Source: Lama guanicoe
Taxonomy: Eukaryota
Direction of reading: 5' to 3'
NCBI GenBank assembly: GCA_013239625.1
Contig: MU056262.1
Coordinates: 9,152,134 to 9,216,133, forward strand
DNA length: 64,000 nt
Part shown: positions 62,074 to 64,000 of the stretch, piece after piece
Layout: each line of letters starts with the position of its first letter
Numbering within the stretch: the first letter of the stretch is position 1
The notes under the pieces: model-generated
The model's input: only the letters and a program-made list of their open reading frames with translations
Databases searched by the model: none
What the model was told of the DNA's origin: nothing
Program-made: the position numbers and the translations under genes

Positions 62074-62955
62074 ATTTTTTATTGAAGTGTACTTGATTTA
62101 CAATGTTGTGTTAGTTTCTGGTGTACATAGTAGTGATTCAGTTTTATATATATATATACACACACACACACATTCTTTTTCATTATAGGTTATTACAAGA
62201 TATTGAGTATAGTTCTCTGTGCTATACAATAGGACCTTGTTGTTTATCTATTTTATATCTAATAGTTTGTATCTGCTAACCCCAGATTCCTAACTTATCC
62301 CTCTCTTCCCTTTTCCCTTTGGTAACCATCATTTGTTTTCTATGTCTGTGAGTCTGTTTCTGTTTTGTAAATAAGTTCATTTGTATCATCTTTTAGATTC
62401 CATATATAAGTGATATCATATAATATTTGTCTTTGACTTAATTTCACTTAATATGATAATGATAATCTCCAGGCCCATCCACATTGCTGCAAATGGTATT
62501 ATTTTACTCTTTTTTATGGCTGAGTGGTATTCCGTTGTACATATATACCACATCTTCTCTACACAATCATCTGTCAATGGACATTTAGGTTGCTTCCATG
62601 TCTTGGCTATTGTAAATAGTGCTGCTATGAACCCTGGGGTTTGTGTATTTTTTCAAATTAATGTTTTCTCTGGATATATGCCCAGGAGTGGGATTGCTGG
62701 ATCATATGGTAACTCTGTGTTTAGTTTTTTAAAGAATCTGCTTAGTGTTTTCCATAATGGCTGCAACAAATTACATCCCCACTAACAGGGTAGGTGGATT
62801 CCCTTTTGGCCATACTCTCTCCAGCATTTATCTTTTGTGGAGTTTTAATGATGGCCATTCTGACTGGTGTGAGGTGGTACCTCACTGTAGTTTTGACTTG
62901 TATTTCTCGATAATTAGTGATGTTGAGCATCTTTTCATGTGCCTATTGGCCATCT
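62074..62955 (-). mobile_element. L1 (3' UTR plus ORF2 end), antisense
   Basis: ttttttattgaagtgtacttgatttacaatgttgtg... through tggccattctgactggtgtgaggtggtacctca; ORF2 end [29 protein letters not shown]. Confidence 0.92.
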
Positions 62956-63049
62956 TGCTTCTATAGAATATTTTAAAGCAAATAAAACATTTATTTCATC
63001 CATATTTAAGATTGCATCTCTAAAAGACAGGACTCTTTTTAAAAGTCAA

Positions 63050-64000
63050 ATCATGGCAGAGGATCTGAATAGACATTTTCCCAAAGAAGGCATACCAGAT
63101 GGCCAACAGGTATGTGAAAATATGCTCAACATCAGTAATTATTAGGGAAATGCAAATGGAAACCACAATGAGTTGTCATCTCACTCCTGTTAGAATGGCT
63201 ATTAAAAAAAAAAAGAAATAAGTGTTAGTGAGGATGTGAAGGAAAAGGAAATTTTGCACACTGTTGGTGGAAATGTAAACTGGTGCAGCCACTATGGAAA
63301 ATATTTTGGAGTTTCCTCTGAAAATTAATAATAGAACTACCATATGATCTATCAATTCCACTTCTGGGCATTTATCCAAAGGAAATAAAAACACTAACTC
63401 AAAAAGATATATGCACCCCCATGTTCATTGCAGCATTATTTTCAATAGCCAAGATATGGAAGCCATCGAAGTGTCCATCAGTGGATGAATGGATAAAGAA
63501 AATGTAGTAAATGCATACAATGGCATATTACTGAGCCATGAAAAAGAAGGAAATCTTGCCACTTGAGACAGTGTGGATGGACCTTGAGGGCATTATGCTA
63601 AGTGAAATAAGTAAGAGAAAGACAAATACCACATGATCTCATTTATATATGAAATCTAAAAAAAATCCCCCAAAACTTATACAGAGACTATATTAGTGGT
63701 TGCCAGAGGTGGGGTTGGGGAATGGTGGGGTAAAGAGGGTCAAAAGGGACAAACTTCCAGTTACAAATAAATAAGTCATGGGGAATCAATGTAGAGCGTG
63801 GTGACTGTAGTTAATAATAATGTATTACATAGTTGAAAATTGCTGAGAGAGTATGTCTGAAAAGTTCTCATCACAAGGAAAAAAATTTGTAATCATATAT
63901 GGTGACAGATGTTAACTAGACTTATTGTAGTGATCATTTTACAATATACATGAATAGTGGATCATTATGTTGTATACCTGAAGCTAATATAATGTTATAT
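63050..64000 (+). mobile_element. L1 (ORF2 end plus 3' UTR, L1MA-like), sense, runs off the window
   Basis: gatctgaatagacattttcccaaagaag...gcagccactatggaaaa...atgttcattgcagcattatt...gtgactgtagttaataata. Confidence 0.92.

Overview
Mammalian genomic DNA, probably camelid (alpaca/camel), inferred from two Vic-1-like tRNA-derived SINEs. It is syntenic with the dense human 16q22.1 cluster. In order: last coding exon and 3' UTR of PSKH1 (+); a CTRL (chymotrypsin-like) locus inactivated by several independent lesions (-); intact PSMB10 (-); LCAT (-, most of exon 2 hidden by a 140-N gap); SLC12A4/KCC1 (-, 24 exons, an alternative coding first exon, two U12-type introns); and the tandem paralogues DPEP3 and DPEP2 (-). 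The rest is introns and intergenic DNA with L1, MIR, MLT, hAT remnants and microsatellites. The strongest finding is the unitary pseudogenisation of CTRL. I found no evidence of a wholly new biological system. Exon coordinates were read by hand and may be off by a base or two. Human comparisons are from recall and need checking by alignment.
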